A stretch of DNA of 64,000 nucleotides from positions 14,480,948 to 14,544,947 of the forward strand of contig NC_092673.1 of the NCBI RefSeq assembly GCF_964355755.1, written 5' to 3'. Source of the DNA: Antedon mediterranea (taxonomy: Eukaryota; Animalia; Echinodermata). The notes below the pieces were generated by a model. The model worked only from the letters and a program-made list of their open reading frames with translations. It was not told the DNA's origin and ran no database searches. The translations under genes were made by a program, and so were the position numbers. Positions 63,490 to 64,000 of this stretch are shown here, one piece after another (the first letter of the stretch is position 1; every line of letters starts with the position of its first letter).

Positions 63490-64000
63490 TTAGTGTCCGT
63501 GTGACTACCTGCAGACGGAAGAGGACGAAGAAAATACCAGCTACAAACCATGTTCCAGAGAGGAAGCAGTGAACGGCTTCCAGCATTCTGATGATGAGTC
63601 CGATGTGGAAGATTATATATTTACAGAGGCAAGGCTTCCTCCAGATTATATTCCAAACTCAGACTTGAATGCGAGTGCCCAGTCGTTTGTGCCAGAACTT
63701 GTAAAAATATACCAGATGGAGACCAACACCCAGTAGTGTAAGACCAAAATGCTATGGATACTGTTCATGATACAGATACATTGGAGATACAATCAGACCT
63801 GACCACAGATGCAGATGATGTACATCAATTACCACCAAGGACCCGTAGGCCACCAACTAGACCAATTTGCTAACCTATATTCATCGACTGTGAACTCAAA
63901 TGGAAGGATCACCAATGGTTACCAACCTGCGATGTATTGGACCAATCCACAGATGATGTATGTATCGTTATTAACAGAATATTATAGCAACAATTAAGAT
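63490..64000 (+). mobile_element. Possible Gypsy pol post-integrase tail relic
   Basis: Acidic SDDESDVEDY segment followed by LPPRTRRPP. No integrase core is visible. Confidence 0.3.

Noticed and set aside
393-63997. Most short ORFs (60-100 aa) in the supplied track as genes
   Set aside because: They are antisense shadows of TE relics, rely on non-ATG starts, or are low-complexity AT-rich frames.

Overview
This is AT-rich metazoan (probably marine invertebrate) nuclear DNA with GT-AG introns. It is not prokaryotic, and I recognise no intact host gene. The window is a dense graveyard of nested, internally deleted transposable elements: hAT-like, Sola, PIF/Harbinger, MULE, Chapaev/Transib-like, EnSpm/CACTA, Academ, Kolobok, Crypton-type tyrosine recombinases, Penelope, Tx1, CR1, Rex-Babar, tRNA-derived SINEs and MITEs. 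The stand-out is a multi-exon minus-strand pseudogene at ~10.6-15.75 kb, with partial copies at 3.7-4.15 kb and 20.3-22.0 kb. In it a tyrosine recombinase is spliced in frame (phase-0 intron 12549-12724) to a MULE DDE/SWIM transposase, and it is preceded by a RAG1/Chapaev-like zinc motif and a C3HC4 RING. The first ~32 kb looks like a repeatedly duplicated, heavily deleted block, and most coding relics in the first ~39 kb lie on the minus strand. Family calls come from manual translation and recalled motifs, not from database searches, and boundaries of degenerate relics are approximate.
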